Source of the DNA: an uncultured Candidatus Binatia bacterium
GTDB taxonomy: Bacteria > Desulfobacterota > Binatia > UBA9968 > JAJDTQ01
Length of the DNA stretch: 64,000 nucleotides
Assembly (NCBI GenBank): GCA_965218305.1
Contig: OZ244617.1
Location: 3,058,983-3,122,982 of the forward strand
Reading direction: 5' to 3'
In this document: positions 27,725-37,172 of the stretch, one piece after another
Layout: the number at the start of each line of letters is the position of its first letter
How positions within the stretch are numbered: the first letter of the stretch is position 1
Notes under the pieces: generated by a model
What the model saw: the letters and a program-made list of their open reading frames with translations, nothing else
Database searches by the model: none
What the model was told of the DNA's origin: nothing
Position numbers and translations under genes: made by a program

Positions 27725-29278
27725 ATGAGCGCTCCGCGACTCGAACTGCCGGACCCCTACAACGCGGCCACCACGTTCGTCGACGACAACGTCACCGCGG
27801 GCCGTGGCGAGCGCACCGCGATCCTGTACGAGGACCAGCGGTTCACCTACCGGCAGGTCCAGGAGGCGGTCAACCGGGCCGGCAACGCGTTCCGCGGCCT
27901 CGGCCTGGACACCGAGCAGCGCGTCCTGCTGGTGCTCCCCGACTGTCCCGAGTTCGCTTCCAGCTTCTTCGGCGCCATCAAGATCGGCGCCGTTCCCATT
28001 CCGGTGAATCCCTGGATGAAGGCCGGGGATTACGAGTATCTCCTCAACGACAGCCGGGCTCGCATCGTCGTGGTGCACGAGTCCGCGCTGCCGGAGATCG
28101 AGGCCATCCGCCAGCGGCCGCGCCACCTGCGGCACGTCGTGGTCGTGGAAACGTCGCGGGGTAGCGCCACGGGTTGGGACGCCCTGCTGGAGGGACAGTC
28201 CGCGGAGCTCGAAGCGGAACCCACCGGACGCGACGATGTCGTCATGTGGAACTACACCTCGGGCAGCACCGGCAACCCCAAGGGCGCGGTCCACCTCCAG
28301 CACGACATGATCACCATCACGGATCTGTTCGTGAAGCCCGTGCTCGGCATGACCGAAGACGACGTCTGCCTCTCCGCCTCCAAATTGTTCTTTTCCTACG
28401 GGCTGGGGAACTCCCTCTACTTCCCCTTCCGTTTCGGCGCCGCCGGCGTGCTGTGGCCCGAACGGCCGGATCCGGAGAAAATCCTCCAAACCATCGAGCG
28501 GTACCGGCCCACCTTCTTCTTCTCGGTGCCGACGCTCTACGCCCGCATGCTGCGGGTGGAAAAGGAATACGACCTCGGCTCCCTCAAGGTCTGCCTGTCC
28601 TCCGGAGAGCCGCTGCCGCCGGCCCTCTTCAATCAGTGGCGGGAGAAAGTCGGCGTGGAGTTGCTGGACGTCGTAGGCTCCACCGAGGCGACCCACGATT
28701 TTCTCGCCAACCGGCCGGGACGGGCCAAGGCGGGAAGCAGCGGCGAGGTGACGCCGGCCTTCGTGGCCAAGGTGGTGGACGACGAGGGGCGGGAGGTGCC
28801 CAACGGCGAGGTGGGCAACCTGTACGTCAGCGGCGACGCCACCGCGCCCTACTACTGGAACAAGCACGAGCAGACCCAGCGCACCATGCTCGGGGAGTGG
28901 CTCAAGACCGGCGACACGTACTACCGGGACGACGACGGCTATTTCTGGTACTGCGGCCGCTCCGACGACATGCTCAAGGTGGGCGGCCTGTGGGTCTCGC
29001 CCATCGAGGTGGAGAACGCGTTGATGGAGCATCCGGTGGTGCTCGAGGCGGCGGTGACCGGAGCGGCGGACGGCGACGGCCTCATCAAGCCCAAGGCCTA
29101 CGTCATCCTCAAGACCGAGCACCGCGGCGCCGATGGGCTGGCCCAGGAGCTGCAGGACTTCGTCAAGGGCAGCCTGGAACCGTACAAATACCCGCGCTGG
29201 GTGGAGTTCGTGGAAGATTTGCCGAAGACCGTGACCGGCAAGATACAGCGGTTCAAGCTCAGAGAAGGGAATGGATGA
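27725..29278 (+). CDS. Benzoate-CoA ligase family aryl-carboxylate--CoA ligase (AMP-binding)
   Basis: AMP-binding motifs YTSGSTGNPKG and YRTGD-like (WLKTGDTYYRDDDGYFWYCGRSDDMLKVGGLWVSP). Start at MSAPRLE; the longer ORF would overlap the ALDH gene. Confidence 0.8.
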   Translation: MSAPRLELPDPYNAATTFVDDNVTAGRGERTAILYEDQRFTYRQVQEAVNRAGNAFRGLGLDTEQRVLLVLPDCPEFASSFFGAIKIGAVPIPVNPWMKAGDYEYLLNDSRARIVVVHESALPEIEAIRQRPRHLRHVVVVETSRGSATGWDALLEGQSAELEAEPTGRDDVVMWNYTSGSTGNPKGAVHLQHDMITITDLFVKPVLGMTEDDVCLSASKLFFSYGLGNSLYFPFRFGAAGVLWPERPDPEKILQTIERYRPTFFFSVPTLYARMLRVEKEYDLGSLKVCLSSGEPLPPALFNQWREKVGVELLDVVGSTEATHDFLANRPGRAKAGSSGEVTPAFVAKVVDDEGREVPNGEVGNLYVSGDATAPYYWNKHEQTQRTMLGEWLKTGDTYYRDDDGYFWYCGRSDDMLKVGGLWVSPIEVENALMEHPVVLEAAVTGAADGDGLIKPKAYVILKTEHRGADGLAQELQDFVKGSLEPYKYPRWVEFVEDLPKTVTGKIQRFKLREGNG

Positions 29279-29308
29279 TCGCCGGATCATAGATCGATCG
29301 GGGGTTTC

Positions 29309-30010
29309 ATGGACGACTTGGTAGCGTTGAGAGACAAAGTGGCGATCTCGTGCAATATCCTGGCCATCGATGGGCACTGGGACAATATCCTGGGGCATGT
29401 ATCGGCCCGGGTGCCGGGCGAGAACGCCATGTTGATGAAGCCCCACAGCTACGGCTTCGAGGAGATCCGCCCGTACCACATCATCAAGGTGGACTTCGAC
29501 GGCAACAAGACAGAAGGCGACTACGAGCGCCACTCCGAGGTCTTCATCCACACGGAGATCTACAAGGCGCGCCCGGATGTGAACTGCGTCATCCACAGCC
29601 ATCCGCCCTACGCCACGGCTTTTGCCTCCCTGAGACAGCCGCTGCGGCCGGTGAGCCACGAGGGCTCCATCTTCCACGATGGGCTCCCCCTCTTCGACTA
29701 CACCACGATCCTGATCCGGACGCCCGAGCTGGGGGTGGAGCTGGCCAAGAAGCTGGCCCAGGCCCGCGCCGTGCTGATGAAGAACCACGGCTCCACCGTG
29801 GTGGCCGAATCGGTGGAGACCGCTACCCTGTACGCGATCTTTCTGGAGAAGGCGTGCCGCATACAGCTCCTTGCCGCCGCTGCCGGAGATCCCACCTGGA
29901 GCAGCGACGAGGAAGCGCGGGAGAAGTACGAGCAGATATATACGCCGCACCGGCTCGGCAGCATGTGGGACTATTTCGTGCGCCGCGCGAAACGGCTCGC
30001 CATCGACTGA
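29309..30010 (+). CDS. Class II aldolase/adducin-family protein
   Basis: HSHPPYATAF zinc-ligand region. 233 aa. Confidence 0.75.
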   Translation: MDDLVALRDKVAISCNILAIDGHWDNILGHVSARVPGENAMLMKPHSYGFEEIRPYHIIKVDFDGNKTEGDYERHSEVFIHTEIYKARPDVNCVIHSHPPYATAFASLRQPLRPVSHEGSIFHDGLPLFDYTTILIRTPELGVELAKKLAQARAVLMKNHGSTVVAESVETATLYAIFLEKACRIQLLAAAAGDPTWSSDEEAREKYEQIYTPHRLGSMWDYFVRRAKRLAID

Positions 30011-30083
30011 CGGCGCATCGTCCCGCTCCCTTGGGAGAGGGTGGCCGAAGGCCGCGTGACGGAAACAGATTCGGAGGTAATCA

Positions 30084-31082
30084 ATGGCCGAGAAACTTCA
30101 TTTGACACTGGCTTGCGGCGACTACGAGAGCATCCGCGCCCTCAAGGAGGGAACCGTGCAGCCGGACGGCATCGAGCTCACCGTGCTGACGGACATGGAC
30201 TCGTCCACGCGGCACTGGCGCGTGTCGCGTTTCCGCGAGTTCGACGTCGCCGAGCAATCGGGCTCATCCTATCTGCTGGCCAAGGACCGGGGCGAGGCGG
30301 ACGACCTCACCGCCATCCCGGTCTTTCTCCACCGCCGGTTCCGCCACGGCTTCATCTTCATCAACGCCAACAAGGGCATCAACGAACCGAAGGATCTCGC
30401 CGGCAAGACGGTGGGGCTCAAGAACTGGCAGGCCACGGCGCTGCTGTGGATCCGGGGCACGCTGGGGGACGAGTACGGCGTTTCGTTCAAGGACATCGAA
30501 TGGCGCGCCGAAAAGGAAGAGGACGTACCCTTCGATCCGCCGGAAGGTCTTCGGATGGAGCGCCTTCCCAAGGGTTCGCACGTGGAGGATATGCTGGCCG
30601 AGGGAGAGCTGGACGCCGTCATCCACCCGGATATCCTCTCGCCGATCCTGGACGGGGACACCCGGGTCAAGCGCATCTTCGACGATCCCAAGAAGGTCGA
30701 GCTCGATTACTTCCAGCGCACCGGCATCTTCCCCATCATGCACACCACGGTCATCAAGCAGGAGATCGTGGACAGACATCCCTGGGTGCCCATGAACATG
30801 ATGGTGGCGTTCGAGAAGTCCAAGCAGGCCGCCTACCGGAGGATGGACAATCCTAGGGTCGTGCCGCTGGCGTTCTTCCGGGACTCCTGGGAGGAGCAGA
30901 TCGAGCTGCTGGGCGAGGATCCGTGGATCTACGGGCTCAACGACACCAACCGCAACAACTTCGGGACCCTGGCGCGCTACTCCCGGGAGCAGGGCATGAT
31001 CAAGAAGGAACCCAACGTGGACGAGCTCTTTCACGAGACCGTTCGCGGCGAGGAGTGGAAGCTGGCGCGCTCCCGCGGTTAG
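30084..31082 (+). CDS. 4,5-dihydroxyphthalate decarboxylase-like (PhtD/NMT1-THI5 fold) protein
   Basis: N-terminus LHLTLACGDYESIRALKEGTVQPDGIELTV...FREFDVAEQSGSSYLLAKDRG matches the PhtD-family pattern. 332 aa. Confidence 0.55.
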   Translation: MAEKLHLTLACGDYESIRALKEGTVQPDGIELTVLTDMDSSTRHWRVSRFREFDVAEQSGSSYLLAKDRGEADDLTAIPVFLHRRFRHGFIFINANKGINEPKDLAGKTVGLKNWQATALLWIRGTLGDEYGVSFKDIEWRAEKEEDVPFDPPEGLRMERLPKGSHVEDMLAEGELDAVIHPDILSPILDGDTRVKRIFDDPKKVELDYFQRTGIFPIMHTTVIKQEIVDRHPWVPMNMMVAFEKSKQAAYRRMDNPRVVPLAFFRDSWEEQIELLGEDPWIYGLNDTNRNNFGTLARYSREQGMIKKEPNVDELFHETVRGEEWKLARSRG

Positions 31083-31097
31083 CGCGCCCCCTTTCGA

Positions 31098-31985
31098 ATG
31101 ATCCCCCCTCCCTTCGAGTACCGGGCGCCGGATTCGATTCCCGAAGCGCTCGCACTGCTCCGCGAGTACGGTGACGAGGCGCGCCTCATGGCGGGAGGGC
31201 AGTCCCTCCTGCCGATGCTGAAGCTGAGGCTGATACGGCCTCGGGTGATCATCGACATTGGCGGACTCCGGGAGTTGGCGGACGTGACCGAGGATGCGGA
31301 TTCCTTGCGGATCGGCGCCCTGGTGACGGAACGGACCCTCGAACGCACGCTTGAGATACGCCAGCCGCTCCTTTCCGAGGCAGCCGCGAGTATCGGCGAC
31401 ATCCACATCCGAAATCTCGGCACCCTCGGCGGCACCCTGAGCCAGGCGGACCCGTCGGGCGACCTCGCCCCCGCGGTGCTGGCGCTGGGGGCGACCCTGA
31501 CGGCCCAATCCGCCGGCGGCAGCCGCACCATCGCCGCCCACGATTTCTTTTCCGGGCCGTTCGACACCTGTCTGTCCGACGACGAAATGGTAACGTCCGT
31601 GGACGTCCCGGTTCCGGCCGGTGTCTGGGGCCACGCCTACGTCAAGCTCACGCGCCGGGCCGGCGACTACGCGGTGGTGGGGGCCGCGGTGGTGGTGAGC
31701 CTGTCGCCGGACGGCACCTGTCAGGACAGCCGCGTCGCCCTGTGCGCGGTGGGTCCCACGGCGTTCGTCTGCGAAGCCACGGGCCGGTCGCTCCGCGGCA
31801 CCAAACTGACGGACGCCGATCTGGCGCAAGCCGCCGCGCTGGCCGGGGAGGCTGCGGACCCGGTAAGCGATGTCCACGCGTCGGCGGAGTACCGGAGGCA
31901 GATGACGCCCGTAGTGGTCACCCGGGCCCTGACGCAGGCTCGGGAGAGGGTCCGGTCGCGGCTGGACGAGCAGTCGGCGCCATGA
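31098..31985 (+). CDS. Molybdenum hydroxylase FAD-binding medium subunit (CoxM/XdhB-like)
   Basis: FAD-binding PCMH domain (EYRAPDSIPEALALL...LMAGGQSLLPMLKLRL). 295 aa. Confidence 0.85.
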   Translation: MIPPPFEYRAPDSIPEALALLREYGDEARLMAGGQSLLPMLKLRLIRPRVIIDIGGLRELADVTEDADSLRIGALVTERTLERTLEIRQPLLSEAAASIGDIHIRNLGTLGGTLSQADPSGDLAPAVLALGATLTAQSAGGSRTIAAHDFFSGPFDTCLSDDEMVTSVDVPVPAGVWGHAYVKLTRRAGDYAVVGAAVVVSLSPDGTCQDSRVALCAVGPTAFVCEATGRSLRGTKLTDADLAQAAALAGEAADPVSDVHASAEYRRQMTPVVVTRALTQARERVRSRLDEQSAP

Positions 31986-32054
31986 ATCAGAGTCGGGGAG
32001 GTCCCGCGCGATGTTGTTGGAATGCGATGATCCTTCGCCGAAACCCTAACGCGC

Positions 32055-32212
32055 CATCCGCAATGCCCCTCCCCGTCATCCCGGGCTTGACCCGGGATCC
32101 AGGAGAGGGGAGGGGCCGTACCGGCAGACACGCCCCGCCACCACCCCTGGATCCCGAGTCAAGCCCGGGATGACGGGGAGGGGGGCCGGGATGTCGGGGA
32201 CTTGACCCGGAA
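32055..32212. repeat. Palindromic intergenic repeat element, copy C (complete variant with compensatory arm substitutions, plus an extra degenerate half-arm)
   Basis: Left arm GTCATCCCGGGCTTGACCCGGGATCCAGGAG (32067-32097). Right arm CCTGGATCCCGAGTCAAGCCCGGGATGAC (32138-32166). A third half-arm GTCGGGGACTTGACCCGGAATCACGG lies at ~32184-32210. The element sits between the coxM-like and coxS-like genes. Confidence 0.85.
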
Positions 32213-32250
32213 TCACGGATTGAACATTAGCGGGTTATTCCCACAGGACC

Positions 32251-32721
32251 ATGCAACGGATCACCGTCCACACTACCATTAACGACAAGGCTTACTCCTT
32301 CGAGGTGGAGCCGCGGCTCCTGCTGGTGGATCTCATCCGCGACAAGGCCGGCCTCAAGGGGACCCACGTGGGTTGCGACACCGGCAACTGCGGCGCCTGC
32401 ACTGTCCTCATGAACGGCCTGACCGTGAAGTCGTGCCAGGTGCTGGCGCCCCGGGCCGAGGGGGCGAAGATCCGCACGGTGGAAGGCCTGGCGCCGAGCG
32501 GAGAGCTGCATCCGATCCAGGAAGCGTTCTGGGAATGCGACGCACTGGAGTGCGGCTTCTGCACACCCGGGATGCTGATGACCACGGTGGCCTTTCTCGA
32601 GGAGAATCCTCACCCGTCCGACCAGGAGATTCGCCGGGCCTACTCCGGCAACCTGTGCCGCTGCACCGGTTATCTGAACATCATCAAGGCGGTCAAGCAG
32701 GCGGCGGAGGGGATGCGCTGA
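32251..32721 (+). CDS. Molybdenum hydroxylase [2Fe-2S] small subunit (CoxS/XdhC-small-like)
   Basis: Two 2Fe-2S motifs: CDTGNCGACTV and CGFCTPGM...CRCTGY. 156 aa. Confidence 0.9.
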   Translation: MQRITVHTTINDKAYSFEVEPRLLLVDLIRDKAGLKGTHVGCDTGNCGACTVLMNGLTVKSCQVLAPRAEGAKIRTVEGLAPSGELHPIQEAFWECDALECGFCTPGMLMTTVAFLEENPHPSDQEIRRAYSGNLCRCTGYLNIIKAVKQAAEGMR

Positions 32722-35132
32722 TGGCGACCTACGTCGGCAAGAGCATCAAACGGAAGGAATCCTTCGACTCCATCCAGGGGCGTAACACCTACGTCAGTGA
32801 TATCGACGTCCCCGGGATGCTCCACGCCTGCATCCACCGAAGCCCCTACGCCCACGCCCGCGTAACGCGGGTGGACCTGTCGGAGGCGCTGGCGCAGCCC
32901 GGCGTGGTGGCGGCCATGAGCGGCGAGGATGTCCGGCGGCTGTCCCGGCCCTTGGCGCCCTTTCCCTTCACCCGGACCAAGCCCTACACCAGCGACTACC
33001 CGCGGGTCCGGTTTGCCGACCACTATTGCCTGGCGGTGGACCGGGTGCGCCACGTGGGCGAGGCCGTGGCGGTGGTGGTGTCGGAAGACCGCTACGCGGC
33101 CGCGGACGCGGCTGAGGCGGTGCAGGTCGAATACGAACCCTTGCCGCCGGTGGTGGACGTGGAGGCGGCGCTGGAGCCGGAGGCCGTGCGGCTCTACGAG
33201 GAGTGGCCCGACAACATCCAGTATGAGTTCCGGTTCAGCGAAGGTCCGGTGGACGAGCTGCTGAACGAGGCTTCCGTAGTGATCCGGGAACGCATCGTGC
33301 AGCACCGCTACACCGGGACGCCGATGGAGACGCGGGGGGTCATCGCCAGCGTCGATCAACACGACAATCTGCTGACGCTGTGGAGCTCGACCCAGGTGCC
33401 CCATGCGCTTCCCAACCTGGTGCTGGACACCCTGGGGCGCACGGATCTCAAGATCCGCGTGATCTCGCCCACCATGGGCGGCGGCTTCGGCATCAAGTGG
33501 GCGTTCTACCCCGAAGAGGTGTTGATGCCGCTGCTGTCGCTCCAACTCAACCGGCCGGTAGCCTGGCGGGAGAGCCGTAGCGAGCACATGGTGGCCTCGC
33601 ACCACTCCCGGGCGCAGGTGGACTATGTCGAGGCGGGCTTCGACCGGTCCGGCCGCATCACCGCTCTCAAGACCAAGGTCATCGTGGACCTCGGGGCCGC
33701 CTATCCCAGCGGCGGCACCTCTCTGGCGTTCGTCACCGCGAACTTCATTCCCGGGCCCTACCGCGTCGACAACTACGCCACCTCCTCCTTCGGCGTGGTC
33801 ACCAACAAGACCGCCGCCGGCCCCCACCGGGCCAACGGCAAGGCCGAGTCCAATTTCATCATGGAGCGGGTGATGGACCGGGCCGCCCTGGAGCTGGGCC
33901 TCGGCAAGGACGAGATCCGGCAGCGGAACCTGATCCAGCCCCACGAGTTTCCCTACACGTGCGTCACCGGGTCCACCTATGACAGCGGCGACTACCCCGC
34001 GTGCCTGCGCAAGGCGCTGGAGGAGGTGGACTACGGCAGCCTGCTGGCGGACCGGGACCGCTGCCGCGGGGAGGGCCGCTACCGGGGCATCGGTCTGGCG
34101 TTCATACTGGAGCCCCTGAGCTCGCTCCGGCCCAACGCCTACAACGCGGGCTACGAAACCGTGACCGTGCGGGTGGACCCGGTGGGCAAGGCCTGGGTGT
34201 TCTCGGGCGACATGAACATGAGCATGAGCCACAAGACCACGCTGTCCCAGGTGGTGGCGGACGGGCTCGGCGTGCGCTTCGAGGACGTGCAGGTGTTCGA
34301 AGGCGACAGCGCCCTGGTGTCGTCGTCCAGCGGCTCCTACGCCAGCCGGTTCTCCACGGTGACGGTTTCGGCCGCCATCAAGGCCTGTCAGGCGGTGCGG
34401 AGGAAGATGCTGGCCATCGCCGCCCACGCGCTGCGAACCCATCCCGCCGCCCTCGAATGCGCCGGCGGCATGGTGTTGAGCCGGGAGAAGCCCGGGGTCG
34501 CGCTCACGGTCAAGGAAGTGGCCAACCTTGCCTACTACTCCATCAACCAGCTCCCTCCGGGCATGGACCCGGGCCTCCACGACACCCACTACTTCATCAA
34601 TCCCAACACCAGCTTCGAGCCCGACGCCAAGGGCCGGACCTCGAACTTCTCGACCTTTCCCTATGCCGTGCACGTGGCCTACGTGGAGGTCGACGTCACC
34701 ACCGGTGAGACAAAGATCCTGAAGTATCTCGGCGTGGACGACTGCGGCAACATGGTGAACCCGATGATCGTTCATACCCAGATCACCGGCGCCATCTCCC
34801 ACGGCGTCGGGGGCGCGTTTCTGGAAGAGCTGGTGTATGACGAGCAGGGACAGCTCCTGTCAGGCACCTTCGCCGACTATCTGATTCCGTCCATGGCGGA
34901 GATGCCGGACCTGGAGCTCCATCACATGGTGACGCCCATGCCTTTCACTCCCGGCGGGTTCAAGGGGGTGGGAGAGATCGGCGCCATCGGCCCGCCGGTG
35001 GTCCTGGCCAGCGCGATAGAGGATGCGCTGGCGCCGCTGGGGGTGAAGATCATGAGGCTGCCGCTCAAGCCGGAGAACATCTGGCGGGCGATACACGAAA
35101 ACGAAAACCAAGGAACAGGAGACGAGCGATGA
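32721..35132 (+). CDS. Molybdopterin-binding hydroxylase large subunit (CoxL/aldehyde oxidase/xanthine dehydrogenase family)
   Basis: 803 aa. Begins MATYVGKSIKRKE, overlapping the coxS-like stop (TGATG). Typical Ald_Xan_dh_C/C2 blocks (GGGFG, GVGE). Confidence 0.85.
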   Translation: MATYVGKSIKRKESFDSIQGRNTYVSDIDVPGMLHACIHRSPYAHARVTRVDLSEALAQPGVVAAMSGEDVRRLSRPLAPFPFTRTKPYTSDYPRVRFADHYCLAVDRVRHVGEAVAVVVSEDRYAAADAAEAVQVEYEPLPPVVDVEAALEPEAVRLYEEWPDNIQYEFRFSEGPVDELLNEASVVIRERIVQHRYTGTPMETRGVIASVDQHDNLLTLWSSTQVPHALPNLVLDTLGRTDLKIRVISPTMGGGFGIKWAFYPEEVLMPLLSLQLNRPVAWRESRSEHMVASHHSRAQVDYVEAGFDRSGRITALKTKVIVDLGAAYPSGGTSLAFVTANFIPGPYRVDNYATSSFGVVTNKTAAGPHRANGKAESNFIMERVMDRAALELGLGKDEIRQRNLIQPHEFPYTCVTGSTYDSGDYPACLRKALEEVDYGSLLADRDRCRGEGRYRGIGLAFILEPLSSLRPNAYNAGYETVTVRVDPVGKAWVFSGDMNMSMSHKTTLSQVVADGLGVRFEDVQVFEGDSALVSSSSGSYASRFSTVTVSAAIKACQAVRRKMLAIAAHALRTHPAALECAGGMVLSREKPGVALTVKEVANLAYYSINQLPPGMDPGLHDTHYFINPNTSFEPDAKGRTSNFSTFPYAVHVAYVEVDVTTGETKILKYLGVDDCGNMVNPMIVHTQITGAISHGVGGAFLEELVYDEQGQLLSGTFADYLIPSMAEMPDLELHHMVTPMPFTPGGFKGVGEIGAIGPPVVLASAIEDALAPLGVKIMRLPLKPENIWRAIHENENQGTGDER

Positions 35133-35992
35133 GCGAGGCAGGGAACGGTTTTACCGAAAGGGCGACCCGGGAGCTGGCGCGGGTGGCGGCGGTCTTTGCC
35201 GCGGGCGAGGCGGAGATCGCCGAGACCTACTTCAACTGGGACCAGCGGGACCGCGACAAGGAAGTCCTCTGGCTCACCAAGCAGGCCGGCCGGGAGATCG
35301 AGAGCACCTTCACGGGCCTCAAGGAGATCGTCGAGAAGGTGGGCGGCGACCTGGGCAAGTCGGACCAGTACTGGGTGGACCAGTGGGGCGGAGACGTGGA
35401 CCGGAACTGGCTCGAGGAGAACCTCTTCCGGACCAAGCAGGAGCTCAACCACGGCAATCGGTGCGTCGATATCATCGAATGGCTCACCGGCGAGCCCCTG
35501 GACATCAAGGAGGTGGTGCGCCGGTACAACCGCTGGAATCCCGACCCGGCGCTGCCCGACATGACGGAATGGGTGCGGCTGGCGGAGGTGTTCAAGGAAC
35601 AGGAGGCACGCCAGGAGTCCTGGGCTCGCCTCATCAACTCCCAGGGATTGCTCGAAGGCGGCAGTTGCGGCCTGTTCTACGCCGCCACCCGGTTGAGCGG
35701 CAGCGAGCTCAACGACCGGTTGGCCGAGGCCTTCACCGTGGTGCTCGACGACGAGCGCGGCCACGGGCCCGCCAACATCTACCGGATCGCCGATGCCTTC
35801 ACCACCCAGGAGGCCGTCAACGGCGCCCGGGGTCTGATGGTGGAGCGGGGCATACAGCGCCTGCGCATGCGCAACGAGCAGTTCAGCTACCCCATCGACG
35901 AGGCCCGCATCCAGGAGATCGCCGCGGGCAACATCGGTCTGGACGTGACCCGCGAGATCTGGGGCGAGACCCTGGCGCGGTTCATCGACTAG
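35129..35992 (+). CDS. Uncharacterised protein, paralogue of 23386..24234 (possible ferritin-like), translationally coupled to the Mo-hydroxylase large subunit
   Basis: ATGA overlap with the coxL-like stop and an AAGGAACAGGAG RBS. Shares blocks with the paralogue (DDERGHGP / DEMRHGP; RMRNEQFSYP / RLRNETFGYP). Confidence 0.55.
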   Translation: MSEAGNGFTERATRELARVAAVFAAGEAEIAETYFNWDQRDRDKEVLWLTKQAGREIESTFTGLKEIVEKVGGDLGKSDQYWVDQWGGDVDRNWLEENLFRTKQELNHGNRCVDIIEWLTGEPLDIKEVVRRYNRWNPDPALPDMTEWVRLAEVFKEQEARQESWARLINSQGLLEGGSCGLFYAATRLSGSELNDRLAEAFTVVLDDERGHGPANIYRIADAFTTQEAVNGARGLMVERGIQRLRMRNEQFSYPIDEARIQEIAAGNIGLDVTREIWGETLARFID

Positions 35993-36001
35993 GCTTTCGG
36001 G

Positions 36002-36799
36002 GTGAGGGAGACCGGCGTGACGTCCTACATTGAGCTCGAAGGCAGGGACGGCATCGCGTTCATCACGCTGAACCGGCCCGACAAGCTCAACGCCATGAAC
36101 GAGGAGATGTGGACGGAGCTGGGACGCGTGTGGGATGCGTTCGCGGCGGACGCGGCGTTGCGCGTGGCCGTGGTGAGCGGCGAGGGCGAGCGGGCGTTCT
36201 CCACGGGCATGGACCTGAAGGAGCGGGCGGTGGCGGGCGACCCGCGGGCGCGGGAGTTCTGGACCTCGGCCCTGGCCCGGGATCCGGGGCGCCGGGAGCC
36301 CGTGTGGAAGCCCATGATCGCCGCGGTGCACGGGTACTGCCTGGCCGGGGGCTTCGAGATCGCCCTTTCCTGCGACATCCGCATCTGCAGCGAGGACGCC
36401 ACCTTCGGCCTGCCGGAGATCAAGCGGGGGTTCTTCCCGGGCAGCTCGGGCACCGTGCGGCTGCCCCGCATCATGCCGTTGGGGATGGCCCTGGAGATGC
36501 TCTACACCGGCGCGTCCATCTCCGCGGCGGAAGCCTTCCGCTGCGGCCTGGTGAACCGAGTGGTGCCGCGGGACGAGTTGATGACCGAGGCCGAGAAGCT
36601 CGCCCGGGCCATCGCCGACGGGCCGCCGTTGGCACTGCAGGCGGTCAAGGAGGTGGTGCTGCGGGGCCTCGACCTCCCGCTGGCCGACGCCATCCGCTTC
36701 GAGGCCGGTTTCCGGGCCATGGTGGGCGGCACCGAGGACGCCGGCGAAGGCCCCCGTGCCTTCAGCGAGAAGCGGAAGCCGAGTTTCAAGGGCCGCTGA
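36002..36799 (+). CDS. Enoyl-CoA hydratase/isomerase (crotonase) family protein
   Basis: Crotonase-fold motifs VVSGEGERAFSTGMDL and AAVHGYCLAGGFEIALSCD. Confidence 0.85.
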   Translation: MRETGVTSYIELEGRDGIAFITLNRPDKLNAMNEEMWTELGRVWDAFAADAALRVAVVSGEGERAFSTGMDLKERAVAGDPRAREFWTSALARDPGRREPVWKPMIAAVHGYCLAGGFEIALSCDIRICSEDATFGLPEIKRGFFPGSSGTVRLPRIMPLGMALEMLYTGASISAAEAFRCGLVNRVVPRDELMTEAEKLARAIADGPPLALQAVKEVVLRGLDLPLADAIRFEAGFRAMVGGTEDAGEGPRAFSEKRKPSFKGR

Positions 36800-36880
36800 G
36801 ATATGGACTACCGGCTCACCGTGTTGCAATAACCGTGTACAGTCCATCTGCAGAGCGTTATTTCAAGGGAGGTGGAGAAT

Positions 36881-37090
36881 ATGAAGATCACATACTCTCG
36901 TGATGCGGATGTGCTCACCATTCAGTTGGGCGAGGGGCGGCCTTCCGACTCTACTGACATGGCTGAAGGGGTCATCGTGCACCTTTCCGAGGAAGGACGG
37001 CCTTTGGAAATCGAAATCCTCGACGCCTCCACGATCATAGACAACAAAAGGGTCGAGGTTTCTTTGGAGGCGCTGTTTCCCGCTGCCTGA
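36881..37090 (+). CDS. DUF2283 domain protein
   Basis: MKITYSRDADVLTIQL...EGVIVHLSEEGRPLEIEILDAS matches the DUF2283 pattern. The ATG has an AAGGGAGGTGG RBS. Confidence 0.6.
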   Translation: MKITYSRDADVLTIQLGEGRPSDSTDMAEGVIVHLSEEGRPLEIEILDASTIIDNKRVEVSLEALFPAA

Positions 37091-37172
37091 CCGGAGTCCT
37101 CGGTATGAGCGGTGGGAAGCAGGACTCTGTAGATCAATGAAGGGCTATTGAGCCGCTGAGAAAAGGTTGCGG

